In this document: piece after piece, positions 1 through 9,024 of the stretch
Numbering within the stretch: position 1 is the stretch's first letter
How the letters are laid out: every line of letters starts with the position of its first letter
From: an uncultured Treponema sp.
GTDB taxonomy: Bacteria; Spirochaetota; Spirochaetia; Treponematales; Treponemataceae
Reading direction: 5' to 3'
NCBI GenBank assembly: GCA_946185185.1
Contig: CAMHIV010000001.1
Location: forward strand, 1 to 56,264
DNA: 56,264 nt
The notes under the pieces: model-generated
The model's input: only the letters and a program-made list of their open reading frames with translations
Database searches by the model: none
What the model was told of the DNA's origin: nothing
Made by a program: the position numbers and the translations under genes

Positions 1-118
1 TCATAAAATATGAAGGCCCTCGTTGTCAGAACGAAAAAGCGTCGGGCTATGCCGGGTGGGATAGGGTCTTTTTTAGATAAGAAGTTTTATCCCTAATATG
101 GCTTGTTTCTGTAAAGTA

Positions 119-313
119 TTACAGCGAAGAAATTTTATCTACTTTAATTCCCTTTACCCATGTTGTCTGAACTGAAGTCAAAATTCCAGAGATTTCTACC
201 TCTTTATTGAGAAGGCTAGAAACAAAATCTTCTGAAAAATCCTGATTTTCTTCAAATTTCAAAGAAGGTCTGCGAAAAGGATAGTTCTGCATTACCAGAT
301 TAATTAAGGTCAT
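119..313 (-). CDS. Small hypothetical protein or gene remnant (64 aa)
   Basis: Start overlaps the cyclase stop codon (ATGA, 310-313), suggesting translational coupling; no recognisable motif. Confidence 0.3.
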   Translation of the reverse strand: MTLINLVMQNYPFRRPSLKFEENQDFSEDFVSSLLNKEVEISGILTSVQTTWVKGIKVDKISSL

Positions 314-1899
314 CCGGCGGAATCATTAACGAAATAAGTTTTCATTTCACCTTTGCCTTTGACTGTGACTTCTACAGGTTCGCTGTAAGAAAAACTGGCT
401 TTGGTCTGGGCGTGGGTGGTTTCGCTTACGTGGATTTTCATTGGTTCGCCTGTGCTTTCCATTCTGCTTGCTACATTTACTGTGTCTCCCCAGATGTCAT
501 AGATAAACTTTGATTTACCGATGACGCCTGCTACCAGGTTTCCGGTGTTGATTCCGATTCTGATCAGAATGTTTGTTTTGTAGTCGGCGTTGAAAGATGC
601 GACATCGTTTAAAAGGCCCCGGGCGAATTCAATCATTTTTGAAGCTCCGTCGTTATCCGGATTTTCTGTCAGGCCTGTGGCTGCCATATATGCATCTCCG
701 ATTGTTTTGATTTTTTCAATACCGCATTTTTTTGCACGTTCGTCAAAAAGGGTAACCATTAAATTGAGCATTTTTACAACATTTTGGGCCGACATTTTTC
801 CGCTCATATTTGTAAAGCCGACGATATCAGTAAAAAGAACTGTTGCATTAGGGTAGGATTTTGCTATGGTTTTGTTCGGGTTTTCGGTAAGTTCGGCGGC
901 AATTTCTTTAGGAAGAATATTCAGGAGAAGACTTTCGCTTCGCTCTTTTTCAAGTTTTAAATCTCGTGTGCGTTCTTCAACTTTCTTTTCCAGTTCCGCA
1001 TTGTATTTTTGCATCATCTGAAGTCTTTCCTGCTGCATGCGGTTTATATCTATGATGTTTTTTACGGTATTTTCGGTCATATTTGAAAAGGAAATATAAA
1101 GATTTTGAACTTCATCGCCGGTGTGTATATCAAGCTTTTTTATTTTTGAAACACATTCGCTCATTCCTTTAATATTTCCGTTTTGGCTCATGAACGAAAC
1201 TGCGTGTCTTGAAATTCTGTTGATAGGTTTTACAAGAAGTATTGTTGAAATCCAAAGACCTGCTGCAAGAAAGATGATTATTGCAGTAAACGAAAGAAGA
1301 ATTGTTCTAAAAAGGAAGTTTAGTTTGTAAGATTTTAAAAGGTTCATCGAGATGTCTACACCAACATAGCAGGCACATTTTCCTTCTGACGTAAAAACTG
1401 GATGATAGTAAGTTAAAAGCCAGCCGTACTGGTCATTTGATTCAAGTGGAGCGATTTCTTTTCCGGCAAGCAAATCCGGTACAAGAGGAAGAAAAGATGG
1501 GTCAAATTCGATTAAATCGTCTACTTTGTAGTCGGCATTTTCTTCATCTACATCAAAAATAATATGACATCCATCCTCTCGAATCTGATAGGCATAAAGA
1601 TATTCGATATCGGGGATTTTTTTCTGTAATTCTTTCAGGTTATTAAAAGTTTCTTTGTACCCAGGTGTATTTCTTCCTTCTATTATATAGCGTTCAACGC
1701 TGTCTGCATCGATGGCCTCGGCAGCTAACGAAGCAACCCCCTGGGCAATTTTAAGATGTGATGATCGTGTGTGCTGCGTAAAAAGTCCAAGAGCCACAAA
1801 AGAAATTGAAATTGTTATGAGCAGGGTTGCTATTGCCAGAAAAAGTGAGATGCGGAAGCGAAGTGAATGAACACCGTTAGTTTTTATTGTTGTTGACAT
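310..1899 (-). CDS. Membrane-bound class III adenylate/guanylate cyclase with extracytoplasmic sensor domain
   Basis: Two TM segments, coiled coil, motifs FTDIVGFT, KIKTIGDAYM, IYDIWGDTVNVASRMES (K/D pair suggests ATP). Start moved to ATG 1899, which follows GGGAG. Confidence 0.92.
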   Translation of the reverse strand: MSTTIKTNGVHSLRFRISLFLAIATLLITISISFVALGLFTQHTRSSHLKIAQGVASLAAEAIDADSVERYIIEGRNTPGYKETFNNLKELQKKIPDIEYLYAYQIREDGCHIIFDVDEENADYKVDDLIEFDPSFLPLVPDLLAGKEIAPLESNDQYGWLLTYYHPVFTSEGKCACYVGVDISMNLLKSYKLNFLFRTILLSFTAIIIFLAAGLWISTILLVKPINRISRHAVSFMSQNGNIKGMSECVSKIKKLDIHTGDEVQNLYISFSNMTENTVKNIIDINRMQQERLQMMQKYNAELEKKVEERTRDLKLEKERSESLLLNILPKEIAAELTENPNKTIAKSYPNATVLFTDIVGFTNMSGKMSAQNVVKMLNLMVTLFDERAKKCGIEKIKTIGDAYMAATGLTENPDNDGASKMIEFARGLLNDVASFNADYKTNILIRIGINTGNLVAGVIGKSKFIYDIWGDTVNVASRMESTGEPMKIHVSETTHAQTKASFSYSEPVEVTVKGKGEMKTYFVNDSAG

Positions 1900-2180
1900 G
1901 TGATAAGTCTCCCAAAAGCCCGAAAAATAACATTTCGATATATTTACCATTATATACTCAAAAATAGAAATTGTTCAGGAAAAAATCAAAAATCAGGCAA
2001 AGTGTCTTACTCTTCTTGGGCTGGACGGTAAGAATCCTGCGTTTGACTGAAAAACAGTTCTGTAATATGGGACTTTATCAGTTTGAAGAAGATTCGCAGG
2101 AAGAAATTGTGGGCGCAGGGGATTTTATTTCGTTGTAACTTGAAAAAAATGCTATATAATAGAACAAAAAAGGTGACGAC

Positions 2181-3026
2181 ATGCAAAAAGGACTTGTGAT
2201 GGAAGGCGGGGCAATGCGCGGGATGTTTACGGCCGGCGTGTGCGATGTGCTTTTGGAAAATGGAATTGATTTTGATGGTGCGATTGGTGTTTCCGCTGGG
2301 GCGACCTTTGGCTGTAATTTTAAGTCTAAGCAGATTGGGCGTGCCATCCGGTATAACAAGCGGTTTGCGCACAACTGGCGATATTGTTCTTTTCGCTCAT
2401 TTTTTTTGACCGGTGATCTTTATGGTGCCGATTTCTGCTACAATCAGCTTCCAAATAAGCTGGATCCTTTTGATTATGAAACTTACGCTTCGAATCCTCT
2501 GAAGTTTTATGCTGTTGCTTCTGACTGCAGAACGGGGCTTCCGGTTATTAAAGAACTCAAAACCTGTGATGAAAAAGATTTGATCTGGATGCGCGCAAGT
2601 GCAAGTATGCCGCTGGTTTCTCATGTCGTAAAAGTTGACGGTTACGAGCTTTTGGACGGTGGCATGACAGAATCCATTCCGCTTAAGGCTTTTGAAAATA
2701 TGGGCTATGAAAAGAATCTTGTTATTCTTACTCAGCCGAGGGATTTCGTAAAAGAACCGAGTTCCTCACTTTCACTGATGAAGTTTGTGCTTAGAAAATA
2801 CCCGAAGATTTACCAGGCAATGCAAAAACGCCACGAAGTTTACAATCAGGAAAAAGCCTATGTCTTTGAACAGGAAAAGGCCGGAAAGTGTTTTGTAATT
2901 TGCCCGGAAACACCGCTTGGAATCAGCCGTACCGAGAAAAATCCGGATGAATTAGAACGCGTTTATCAGTTTGGTCGTGCAGAAATGCAGAAGAAACTCG
3001 ATGAACTTCGAGCGTTCCTTGGGTAA
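2181..3026 (+). CDS. Patatin-like phospholipase
   Basis: GGAMRG oxyanion loop, GVSAG nucleophile elbow, DGG motif. Confidence 0.92.
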   Translation: MQKGLVMEGGAMRGMFTAGVCDVLLENGIDFDGAIGVSAGATFGCNFKSKQIGRAIRYNKRFAHNWRYCSFRSFFLTGDLYGADFCYNQLPNKLDPFDYETYASNPLKFYAVASDCRTGLPVIKELKTCDEKDLIWMRASASMPLVSHVVKVDGYELLDGGMTESIPLKAFENMGYEKNLVILTQPRDFVKEPSSSLSLMKFVLRKYPKIYQAMQKRHEVYNQEKAYVFEQEKAGKCFVICPETPLGISRTEKNPDELERVYQFGRAEMQKKLDELRAFLG

Positions 3027-3082
3027 TTGCGACTGGCGAATAATCATTTTATTTACTATTATTGTTCATGGGAGAAAAAAAC

Positions 3083-3454
3083 ATGGAAATCATTTCAACA
3101 AAAGCTGCCCCGGCTGCAATCGGGCCATATTCACAGGCAATCGTTACAGGAAACCTTATTTACACTTCAGGGCAGATTCCAATCAATCCTGCAAGCGGTA
3201 ATATTGAAGCTTCTGATATTGCTTCTCAGACAGAACAGGCAATCAAAAATCTTAAGGCTGTGCTCGAAGAAGCAGGTTCATCTCTTGAAAAAGTAGTGAA
3301 GACTACCTGTTTTTTGCAGAACATTCAGGATTTTTCAACCTTTAATTCAGTATACGAAAAATATTTCACACTAAAGCCGGCCAGAAGTTGTGTAGAAGTT
3401 GCCGCCTTGCCAAAAGGTGCGTTGGTAGAAATCGAAGTGATAGCAGAAAAATAA
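3083..3454 (+). CDS. ridA: RidA/YjgF family enamine/imine deaminase
   Basis: [36 protein letters not shown]; GGAG upstream of ATG 3083. Confidence 0.93.
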   Translation: MEIISTKAAPAAIGPYSQAIVTGNLIYTSGQIPINPASGNIEASDIASQTEQAIKNLKAVLEEAGSSLEKVVKTTCFLQNIQDFSTFNSVYEKYFTLKPARSCVEVAALPKGALVEIEVIAEK

Positions 3455-3456
3455 AA

Positions 3457-3494
3457 TTGACAGCACGTACTATATGTATTATTTTATACGTATA
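3457..3494 (+). promoter_or_regulatory. Sigma70 promoter and palindromic operator of the TA operon
   Basis: TTGACA (3457-3462), 17 bp, TATTTT (3480-3485); palindrome TATACGTATA at 3485-3494. Confidence 0.6.
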
Positions 3495-3504
3495 AGGTGC
3501 TGTT

Positions 3505-3750
3505 ATGGATGCTAAATTAACTCTGAAATTAAATGATGATTCAATCTCTCGTGCAAAGAAATATGTTTCTTTAATAGGAACATCACTTTCGGCTATTGTT
3601 GAAGAGTTTTTTGACGGGCTTACGTTAAAACAGCAGGAAGATTTTAAATATAGTTCACTTGTAAATGAACTTTCCGGAATTATCAAATTAGAAGAAAAAT
3701 TCGATTATAAGTCCGATTACGCCTCGTATCTGGAGCATAAATATGAATAA
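3505..3750 (+). CDS. Antitoxin, RHH-like (DUF6364-type)
   Basis: N-terminal KLTLKLND..I.RAK.Y....GTSLSAIVE pattern; overlaps the downstream PIN gene. Confidence 0.8.
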   Translation: MDAKLTLKLNDDSISRAKKYVSLIGTSLSAIVEEFFDGLTLKQQEDFKYSSLVNELSGIIKLEEKFDYKSDYASYLEHKYE

Positions 3751-4162
3751 GATTTTTGTGGATACAGATGTAATTCTTGACCTTCTTTCCCGGCGGATTC
3801 CTCATTTTCATTTTTCGGCTGTTCTTTTTACCTTCGCAGAAATGAAAAAACTTGAGCTTTATACAACGCCGCTGATTTTTGCAAATACTTTTTACATTCT
3901 TCGGAAACAATTAGGAAATGAGGAGGCGAAAAAGGCGCTTCGAAAATTAAGGGTGCTTGTTCATATCATTGATTCTTCAGAAGCAGTAATTGATAAAGCT
4001 CTTAATTCGGATTTTTCAGATTTTGAAGATGCTATTCAGTATTATACTTCGCAGGAAAACGGTATTGATATTCTTTTAACTAGAAACTTGCGTGATTATA
4101 AAAACGCATCACTTATAGTACAGACACCAGAAGTATTTCTGGTGTCCAACAATTTAATTTAG
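3743..4162 (+). CDS. PIN-domain toxin (VapC-like)
   Basis: IFVDTDVILD, DFEDAIQY, LLTRNLRDY acidic motifs; 139 aa; follows the antitoxin. Confidence 0.88.
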   Translation: MNKIFVDTDVILDLLSRRIPHFHFSAVLFTFAEMKKLELYTTPLIFANTFYILRKQLGNEEAKKALRKLRVLVHIIDSSEAVIDKALNSDFSDFEDAIQYYTSQENGIDILLTRNLRDYKNASLIVQTPEVFLVSNNLI

Positions 4163-4169
4163 TTTCCTC

Positions 4170-5231
4170 CTATTGTTTTAGAGGTAATTTAACTTGCCAG
4201 CTGAAAGGAATATTCAATCCTTTGTAGCCGGTGTCGTCGTCAAAGAATACGCGTACACCTGAGCGGAATGTTCCGTACTTTGTTTTGTAATCGAAGTATG
4301 GATAAACTGTAACGGTTGTTACATTGTCATCTTCTGCAAGGATATGATTAACTTTTACGCTTCCGTTTAAATCAAGGGTTTCATTAAATTTATAATTTGC
4401 CCGTAATGCTCCATAAAGCGGGAATCCGGAATCAAGGTCGTTATATTCTTCTGTATCTTCATCATAATTTGAATTGTTATTAAATCCGGTAAGAAGGTCG
4501 GCGTACAATGAAAGTCCAATTTGTTCAATTGTATATCCAACTGAAACCTGGGCAACATGCTGTGCGCCCTGAATGTATGTGCTGTCTGTAAGGTTGTAGG
4601 TATAACCGATATTTAATAGAAGATTTTTTACAGCGTTCAAAGCAAAATAGCCACCTAAAGAGTAGGCAGTTGTGGTTACGTCCTGTGCTGTGGCTCCGAT
4701 TGTAAATAAATCTTTGATTGCGAACTGTGCACCAAAGTTCAAATCAAGTCGTGATTGTGCTCCAACAGCGCCGGCAGCTGTAAATGAAACTTTACTGTCT
4801 GTAGGTACAATATTTATTACAAGTCCACCACCGTTATCATCAGCAAGTTTACCATGATTCAAAATGTCATCGATTGCGGCAAGATATGCACCGGCAGTTG
4901 ACCATTTCCAGAAGAATTTATTTCCGCCAATAAGATTCACCGTTTGTATTGGTCTGAAATTTACATATCCCTGAATTGCATTCGAAAAATTTGTGTCACC
5001 CTTAATGTTTAATCTAATACGGGAATCAATCTTGTTCGAAGCAAGGTCCAGCTGGATTCTGTCTCCAACTACAACATCTGGCTTATCACTGTCATCATCG
5101 AATTTTAAAAAATCCGAAGTTCCAACATTATCGCTGTTTCCACCAAAGGTATTTGTAAGCGAAATCGACTGTGCAGAAAGAGCTGTTACTGCACCCAAAA
5201 CTAATCCAAAGAAAGCAATACTTCTTTTCAT
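4170..5231 (-). CDS. Secreted protein, probable outer-membrane beta-barrel
   Basis: Signal peptide MKRSIAFFGLVLGAVTALSA; many alternating amphipathic strands rich in G/N/Y/F; GAGG before ATG 5231. Confidence 0.6.
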   Translation of the reverse strand: MKRSIAFFGLVLGAVTALSAQSISLTNTFGGNSDNVGTSDFLKFDDDSDKPDVVVGDRIQLDLASNKIDSRIRLNIKGDTNFSNAIQGYVNFRPIQTVNLIGGNKFFWKWSTAGAYLAAIDDILNHGKLADDNGGGLVINIVPTDSKVSFTAAGAVGAQSRLDLNFGAQFAIKDLFTIGATAQDVTTTAYSLGGYFALNAVKNLLLNIGYTYNLTDSTYIQGAQHVAQVSVGYTIEQIGLSLYADLLTGFNNNSNYDEDTEEYNDLDSGFPLYGALRANYKFNETLDLNGSVKVNHILAEDDNVTTVTVYPYFDYKTKYGTFRSGVRVFFDDDTGYKGLNIPFSWQVKLPLKQ

Positions 5232-5244
5232 AAATAACCTCAAG

Positions 5245-5355
5245 TGGCAATGCACAGGGGTTCTCCTTGAGCCCTGTGCATGCCATACAAATTAATGTTC
5301 AGCCGGCAAGTTATGATACGGTTCTCTCTCTAGACCGGAAGGTTCAACCAGCTGA
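5245..5355 (-). promoter_or_regulatory. Structured leader (two hairpins) upstream of the OMP-like gene; could instead be a + strand sRNA
   Basis: Hairpin 5245-5285 (TGGCA-ATGCACAGGG/CCCTGTGCAT-GCCA) and hairpin 5299-5355 (TCAGCCGG/CCAGCTGA with inner CGGT/ACCG). Confidence 0.5.
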
Positions 5356-5505
5356 CGTTTGAAGTTATATAAAATTTTAAAACTTTGGGATAATACAAGT
5401 TTTTTATCTGTGGAAATAAGTTTTTTGTATTAGTACAAATTCCGTTTAAAAATAGTTCAAACAGGTGTATACTGATTTAAGTTGTTTTTTTAAGGAGTTT
5501 GTTTT

Positions 5506-6294
5506 ATGAAATTGAACAAAATCGTTGCAGCTATGATGATTGTAGCTGCTGTTTCTACATTTTCTGTTTCGGCTAAACCAAAGGCTAAGGTTGTGAAACA
5601 GACTACAAAAATGGTTTTGGATTTTCCAGGAATAGAAGAAGGCGTTGGTTATCCAAAATGGGTTTCTGCTGCTCTTAAGCAGGATACAAAAGGAATCGCA
5701 AAGGTTCTTGGCTTAAAAGATCGTCAGGTATTCTTCTTTACAAACAAAGGTCCTGATTTGGATTTCCTTCAGCACTGGACTGACACTGTTGATATGCAGG
5801 CAGAAATTGCTACATCAATGAGCCGTGTTGTAGAACGCGAAGTTGATGCACTTTATCAGGGTGGTTCTGCAGAAGCTCGCAAGGAACTTAAGGACAAGCT
5901 CAATATCAGTTCTAAGGTTCGCCTTTCTGGAATGGTAAAGGAAGCTACATTCTGGGTTAAGTATGCTGCTCCAAAAAATCCTAAACAGAAGATTAAGAAA
6001 GACATGTCTAATGCTGATGTTTACTATCAGTACTATGTAGTTTATTCAATGGACAAAGAAGCGTGGGACAAACAGGTAAAGGCTTCTCTCGGTGATCCAG
6101 CTTTGAACGCAGAAGTGAGCGAATTCATGCTTAAGAATTCCAGCGGGCTTGGAATCAAACCGGAAGATGCAAGCTCTAAAGAAATTGCAAAAGCTATTGC
6201 TAAGACTGCCCGTGAACCTCTTGGCGGCGACGGAACAGACGCTCTTGAAGAAGACGGTTCAGACGCTGAATATTCTTGGCTTGATGAAGACTAA
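5506..6294 (+). CDS. Secreted protein, LPP20-like
   Basis: Signal peptide; PKWV motif and C-terminal FW..Y...YYVVYSMDK pattern; AAGGAG RBS. Confidence 0.55.
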   Translation: MKLNKIVAAMMIVAAVSTFSVSAKPKAKVVKQTTKMVLDFPGIEEGVGYPKWVSAALKQDTKGIAKVLGLKDRQVFFFTNKGPDLDFLQHWTDTVDMQAEIATSMSRVVEREVDALYQGGSAEARKELKDKLNISSKVRLSGMVKEATFWVKYAAPKNPKQKIKKDMSNADVYYQYYVVYSMDKEAWDKQVKASLGDPALNAEVSEFMLKNSSGLGIKPEDASSKEIAKAIAKTAREPLGGDGTDALEEDGSDAEYSWLDED

Positions 6295-6310
6295 TTCTTG
6301 ATTAATTTAT

Positions 6311-6439
6311 AAAAAGGGATGTTCAATAGGTAAGTAGTGCGGTGGTTGAGCCTGTCGAAACCACTGTGCATAGTTGTTTGAGGTCATTTCGACAAGCTCA
6401 ATGACCGTGTGCAACGAACTTATTCGACATCCCTTTTTT
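6311..6439. terminator. Long bidirectional terminator-like stem enclosing a REP doublet
   Basis: AAAAAGGGATGT (6311-6322) pairs with ACATCCCTTTTTT near 6427-6439. Confidence 0.65.
6340..6407. repeat. REP-like inverted doublet of 23-bp units
   Basis: CGGTGGTTGAGCCTGTCGAAACC at 6340-6362 (+) and CGGTCATTGAGCTTGTCGAAATG at 6385-6407 (-). Confidence 0.9.
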
Positions 6440-6461
6440 CATTTAATTACTTTGAGTTGAT

Positions 6462-6935
6462 ATGTTTTTTTTGAAAAAAATATATTTCGTGTTTCTGCTT
6501 TTGTTATTGGCAGTTACATCTGTTGTTTCTGAACCGGTGATTGTAGATTGGCTCGGTAGCGAAGAAGGTGTTCCTGCCGATCCAAAGTGGCTTTGGAAAT
6601 GCGTTGATGAGAACAATGATTCTTTGCTTAGAAAAAGATTTAAGCTTAGAAAAAATGATTTGTTCTTTATCGGAACGGCTGAAGCGGGGCTTGTAGACGA
6701 GTCCGTTAAAGCTGCCGATGTAAAGGCTGTTTCAATGGCTACTGCACTACTAAAAAAAGAGTGTGGTGTGGAGATTTCTGCGGTTGTGGTTTCTGCATTG
6801 GAGCGCAGATTTGTGTTCTGGCAGAAAATCAGCGATTCAGAAGATGAAATTAGCGGCGATTCATATTATAAAGGCTATACTTTATATGTAATTTCTGCTG
6901 AAAACTGGGAAAATCTAAAAGTTCGTTGTAAATAA
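6462..6935 (+). CDS. Secreted protein, short paralogue of 5506-6294
   Basis: IVDWLGSEEGVPADPKWL aligns with VLDFPGIEEGVGYPKWV; FWQK...YTLYVIS.ENW aligns with FWVK...YVVYSMD.EAW. Confidence 0.55.
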   Translation: MFFLKKIYFVFLLLLLAVTSVVSEPVIVDWLGSEEGVPADPKWLWKCVDENNDSLLRKRFKLRKNDLFFIGTAEAGLVDESVKAADVKAVSMATALLKKECGVEISAVVVSALERRFVFWQKISDSEDEISGDSYYKGYTLYVISAENWENLKVRCK

Positions 6936-6949
6936 TATTGGAGGAAAAA

Positions 6950-7558
6950 ATGAAAAAGATTGTTGCTGTATTATGTTTGTTTGCTATGGCTGTAACTTCT
7001 TCTATGGCTGCCGGAAAGGTAAAAAGACTTTCTGAAGACAAGGTTGTTGATCTTAACGGATATTGGAATGAAAACGACGTTAAGATTGTCTGCGATGCTT
7101 TGATTGAAGATTGTGTTCAGTCACCACGAGTTGCAAAATTTGAAGAAAAAAATGGACGTCCTCCTGTAGTTATTCTTGGAACAATCAAAAATGAAAGTGT
7201 AGAACGAATCGATACAAAAATTATTTCTAAGCGAATGCAGAATGCAATTATCAAGACTGGCGTTCTTGAATTCGTTGCCGACAAATCAGAACGAGATGAA
7301 TTGCGGGAAGAAGTTGCTCAGCAGGCAGATCATGCAAGCGAAGATACTGCAAAAGCCATTGATGAAGAAGAAGGTGCTGACTTTATGCTTATGGGCAGCG
7401 TTAGAACAATTGTTCAGCAGGAAGGAAAAAAATCTATCCGTACCTATTATGTAAACGTTCAGCTTATGGATTTGCAGACTCACAGAATTATCTGGAGCGG
7501 CGACAACGAAGAAGCTCCTGTACGCAAGTACTTTAAACAGAAGGCTGTAAAATTATAA
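6950..7558 (+). CDS. LpoB/CsgG-like (penicillin-binding protein activator family) protein
   Basis: DLNGYWNENDV, PVVILGTIKNES.E.IDT, GADFMLMGSV, YYVNVQLMDLQTHRIIW; GAGG before ATG 6950. Confidence 0.75.
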   Translation: MKKIVAVLCLFAMAVTSSMAAGKVKRLSEDKVVDLNGYWNENDVKIVCDALIEDCVQSPRVAKFEEKNGRPPVVILGTIKNESVERIDTKIISKRMQNAIIKTGVLEFVADKSERDELREEVAQQADHASEDTAKAIDEEEGADFMLMGSVRTIVQQEGKKSIRTYYVNVQLMDLQTHRIIWSGDNEEAPVRKYFKQKAVKL

Positions 7559-7578
7559 TCTGTCTGGAGCATTGAATT

Positions 7579-9024
7579 ATGAAGAGAGTTTTATATTTTA
7601 TAAGCGCACTGGCTTTATCGGCCGTTTTGTTTTCTTGTGCAACAACTTCAGGAATTGACGATGGAAGTTCGTACAAACGGATGAAGTACAATGAAAAGGC
7701 TTATAACAAAGCTTTTGACGAAGGCAATTATGATGTTTGTATTTCCATGCTCCGCGGAAGAAACAAAAATGATTCGGATATTAAAGACAATCTTGATATC
7801 GGAATGCTTTGTTTTATGAACGGTGACTATGAAGAGTCGAATCGTGTACTTGATAAAACAGATAGTCTTATGACAGAAGCTTTTACCAAGAGTATTTCCA
7901 GGGAAACTGGAGCCGCTGTGCTAAATGAAAATATCGCGGCTTACGGTGGAAACGTTTACGAGTATCTTCTCATTAATTCTATGAAGGCATTGAATTTTAT
8001 CCAGCTTGGAGATATGGAAAATGCCATTGTTGAATTGAATAGGGGTGCAATGAAAGAAAACCAGTACCTTCAGAAGTATGGCGAAATTATGCTTACTGAT
8101 TCTGTTTCGAAAGAAGAAGACGAAGAATTTAATAAGGCTACTGGAACACTTAAACTTGATTTGACACAGTATAAGTCGGAAACTCCTAAAAAGCCTACGA
8201 AGAATGATTTGTATCAGGATTCGGCTTTGATGAGATATCTTTCGTTGATTCTGTATACGGCAAATGGTGACCGCAGCAGTGCTGAGGTTGATGCAAAGGT
8301 TGTTGCATCTTTGGGAAGTAAAATCGATCTTTCGGAAGATGTAAATATTCCTTCTGGTAAAGGACGACTTGATGTTCTTGCATTAAGCGATTTTATCGGA
8401 CAGCGGCATGAAGCAAAGTTTGAAACGCCAAGAGTATTGCCTTTCTATATTCCCGTAGAAGGCGCGGCTCCAATTTTCTTTAAGTTAAAGTTTGTTTGGC
8501 CGGAATATTCAGGACAGGAGCCTGGTGTTACGGCGATTGTTGCTGAATTGCTGGATTCTGACGAAAAAAAGCAGACTACGGTTATTGAAGATTTTGACCA
8601 GGCTCTTTCAAAAGATGTTCGGCTTAAGGCAAACAAGGCGTTTACCCGCAGTATGATTCGCAGTATCACTAAAAAATCTACAGCTTTGCTTTCTGCTACA
8701 GGTGGTATGGTTGCTGCTAAAAAAATTGCACAGACAGGTGGTCCGGCGGGTATAGCGGCCCAGGCTACTTATCTTTCTTTGTTTCATGCAGCTGACGAAG
8801 TAATCGATCTTATCGATAAATCCGAAACAGCAGATTTGCGTCAGGGTGTATATTTGCCTCGCATTGCAAGCGGTACAGGATTTACGGTTACTCCGGGCTC
8901 ATATTCTGTTCGCGTAACATATTATAAGAACTCTGAAATTGTTCATCAGGAAAATATTTCTGATATTCTGGTTAAGGCTGGAAAGCCAACATTGGTGGTA
9001 TCATCATGCTTAAGAAAAAAATAA
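7579..9024 (+). CDS. COG3014-like TPR lipoprotein
   Basis: Lipobox LFSC; YGGNVYEYLLINSMKALNF...AIVELNR and ADLRQ..YLP motifs. Confidence 0.7.
   Translation: MKRVLYFISALALSAVLFSCATTSGIDDGSSYKRMKYNEKAYNKAFDEGNYDVCISMLRGRNKNDSDIKDNLDIGMLCFMNGDYEESNRVLDKTDSLMTEAFTKSISRETGAAVLNENIAAYGGNVYEYLLINSMKALNFIQLGDMENAIVELNRGAMKENQYLQKYGEIMLTDSVSKEEDEEFNKATGTLKLDLTQYKSETPKKPTKNDLYQDSALMRYLSLILYTANGDRSSAEVDAKVVASLGSKIDLSEDVNIPSGKGRLDVLALSDFIGQRHEAKFETPRVLPFYIPVEGAAPIFFKLKFVWPEYSGQEPGVTAIVAELLDSDEKKQTTVIEDFDQALSKDVRLKANKAFTRSMIRSITKKSTALLSATGGMVAAKKIAQTGGPAGIAAQATYLSLFHAADEVIDLIDKSETADLRQGVYLPRIASGTGFTVTPGSYSVRVTYYKNSEIVHQENISDILVKAGKPTLVVSSCLRKK

Noticed and set aside
15-75. GC-richer stretch with a small hairpin at the window start
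   Set aside because: May be a repeat remnant or leader of an upstream gene, but it is single-copy here and lacks context
3505-4162. TA pair as a novel system
   Set aside because: Ordinary RHH-antitoxin/PIN type II architecture
5245-5355. c-di-GMP-I riboswitch (GCACAGGGC resemblance)
   Set aside because: Lacks the GCAAA, GAAA tetraloop and GACGCAAAG core; the segment is simply one arm of a long hairpin
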